In this document: positions 61,943 through 64,000 of the stretch, piece after piece
Position numbering within the stretch: position 1 is the stretch's first letter
Layout: each line of letters opens with the position of its first letter
NCBI RefSeq assembly: GCF_009914755.1
Contig: NC_060933.1
DNA length: 64,000 nt
DNA from: the human T2T-CHM13v2.0 reference genome, Homo sapiens
Reading direction: 5' to 3' (one strand)
The notes under the pieces: generated by a model
What the model saw: the letters and a program-made list of their open reading frames with translations, nothing else
What the model was told of the DNA's origin: nothing
The model's database searches: none
Translations under genes and position numbers: made by a program

Positions 61943-64000
61943 ATGTACGGCAGCTCTTTTCCTTCTTCTTCCACTAGCACTGCCTTTCACGGTCCAGGGA
62001 GCCACCACCACCACAGCGGCAGCGGAGTCAGGAAGTTCAAGATGGCCGCCACTGAGACCCAGTTGCTGCAGGAACAGCCAGAGATGGAAGATGCTGATAA
62101 TTCTGAAAAGAGTATACATGAAGAAAATGGAGAAGTATCAGAAGACCAATTTCAAAATAAGAACAAAATAAGTTTTAAAAAAAGTATAAACACAGAAGTA
62201 AACATAAGAAACATAAACATTCCTCAGAAGACAAGGATAAAAAACATAAACATAAGCATAAACATAAGAAACACAAAAGAAAAGAGGTTACGGATGCTTC
62301 TGATAAAGAGGGAATGTCTCCAGCAAAAAGAATTAAGCTTGATTTAGCTTTGCTAGAAGACTTGGAAAAACAGCCTTGATTAAGGCTGAACTTGATAACG
62401 AGCTAATGGAAGGAAAGGTCCAGTCTGGTATGGGGTTCATTTTACAAGATTATGAGTCTGGCTCTGAAGAAGAAGGGGAGATTTATGAAATTTAAGAAAT
62501 GGAAATAGATCTAGTACTAGATCTTCAAGTACAAAGGGGAAACTTGAACTTGTGGACAATAAAAATACTACAAAAAACGGTGTAAAAGCAGATCCAAAGA
62601 ACGGAGTAGACCTAGGTCTGATAAGAAGAAAAGTAAGGGGGGTATTGAAATCGTTAAAGAGAAAACAACTAGGAGCAAGTCAAAGGAGAGGAAAAAGTCT
62701 AAAAGGCCATCAAAAGAAGTAAGTTTCAAGATCAAGCAAGAGAATTAAAATCCCCTACCCTTAGAAGGTGATCTTAAGAGAAAATTAGTAAGGCCAGATC
62801 TCCTACTGATGATAAGGTTAAAACTGAAGATAAAAGTAAATCAAAAAACAAGATAAATCCCCAATTATAAATCAAGGTAGAAGTCACGATCAAGGTAAAA
62901 AATCCAGATCCCCTGTTGTTTTAAGAGGTAAATCCAAAGACAGAAGGTCACAGTCCAAAAAGAGAAAATCAACACAGTCTGAAGCTGATAAAGAAAAGAA
63001 CCCAATTAGATCTCCCTCTAAAGATACTTCATCTGGGAAAGAAAATAGGTCACCCAGTGGAAGACCTGGTTGTAGTCCTAAAAGAAGTTTGTCTTCAAAA
63101 CCACATGGTAAATCAAGAAGTAGGTCTCCACTTTTAAATGATAGAAGATCTAAGCAGAGCAAATCTCCCTCTCAAACACTGTTTCCTGGTAGAAGAGCTG
63201 AGCCGATCCTTAGAAGGAAAACGAAGAGAGCCAGAGAGAAGACGACCTTCTTCTTCAAGAACACAACCTCAAGATGATATCCTCAATAGATGTGAAAGAT
63301 TAAAAGATGCCAGCCCCATTAATAGGTGGTCTCCAACCCGAAGAAGTAGTAGATCTCCCATTAAAAGGAGGTCTTATTCCCCACTCAGGCATAGCACAAA
63401 AATCAGGTCTCCAAGAAGAAGCAGGTCTCCTCAGAAAAGGGACAGAGGTTGGAGGAGCAGATCATGCTTGAGAAGGTGGCCTCGATCATGGGGTGGTCGT
63501 AGATGAAGGAGCAGAAGCAAAGTAAAGGAAGATAAATTTAAAGGAAGTGTTTCTGAAGGAATGAAAATTGAGCAGGAATCTTTGTCTGATGATAAGCTTG
63601 AAGATTTTGATGTGGAGGAAGAAGATGAAGAAGCCCTAATAGAACAGAGAAGAATCCAAAGGCAGGCAATTGTCCAGAAATATAAATATCTTGCTGAAGA
63701 TAGCAATATGTCCATGTCATCTTAACCAAGCATCCCCCAGAGCAGTATGAAAACATGATCACCTTCTCCAGATGACACTCTGGAGTGAGTAGCTGCTGAC
63801 GTTAAAGAGTATGAACGGGAAAATGTTGATACATTTCAGGCCTCAGTGAAAGCCAAGCACAATCTAATGACAGTTGAACAGAATAATAGTTCATCTCAGA
63901 AGAAGTTGTTGGCACTTGATAAGTTTTACAGAATCTGATGATGTTTGCTGACTATTTTGATAGTGCTTGCCTTTGGGTTGCTGGCAATGGGTAAGATTCA
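61943..64000 (+). pseudogene. Processed pseudogene (retrocopy) of PRPF4B/PRP4K pre-mRNA splicing kinase, continuing beyond the window
   Basis: ATG at 62042: MAATETQLLQEQPEMEDADNSEKSIHEENGEVSEDQ. Later frames give KSRSRSPLLNDRRSKQSKSP, DASPINRWSPTRR, EDFDVEEEDEEALIEQRRIQRQAIVQKYKYLAED and VKEYERENVDTF, matching PRPF4B as I recall it. Intronless, with frameshifts and stops, and a retained pyrimidine-rich 5'UTR. Confidence 0.93.

Noticed and set aside
62042-64000. Functional SR-rich kinase gene
   Set aside because: Frameshift within about 45 codons and several in-frame stops; intronless retrocopy.

Overview
Primate (human-like) genomic DNA containing the complete TNFSF15 (TL1A/VEGI) gene on the minus strand plus about 41 kb of repeat-rich upstream DNA. 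Four coding exons (22240-22449, 9963-10005, 8844-8891, 6893-7347) have canonical GT/AG sites and join to 756 nt, giving the 251-aa type II membrane TNF ligand. Two intron-initiated frames give the 192-aa and 174-aa VEGI isoforms. The ~5.8-kb 3'UTR ends at an AATAAA near 1110-1115 and carries two oppositely oriented Alus. The promoter has a perfect kB site plus ETS/IRF, ISRE-core and octamer motifs. The upstream region holds L1, L2, MaLR, Tigger, MER and Alu relics, and ends in a near-full-length old L1 joined directly to a decayed PRPF4B retrocopy that runs off the window. I see no new protein-coding system. The most notable unexplained structures are a 191-bp-arm inverted repeat next to a second perfect kB site, a 349-bp 99.7%-identical copy inserted into an L1 5'UTR with no poly(A) or TSD, several templated-insertion/fold-back scars near the promoter, and the L1-PRPF4B junction. 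Repeat subfamily names come from recognition of consensus motifs, not from a RepeatMasker run.
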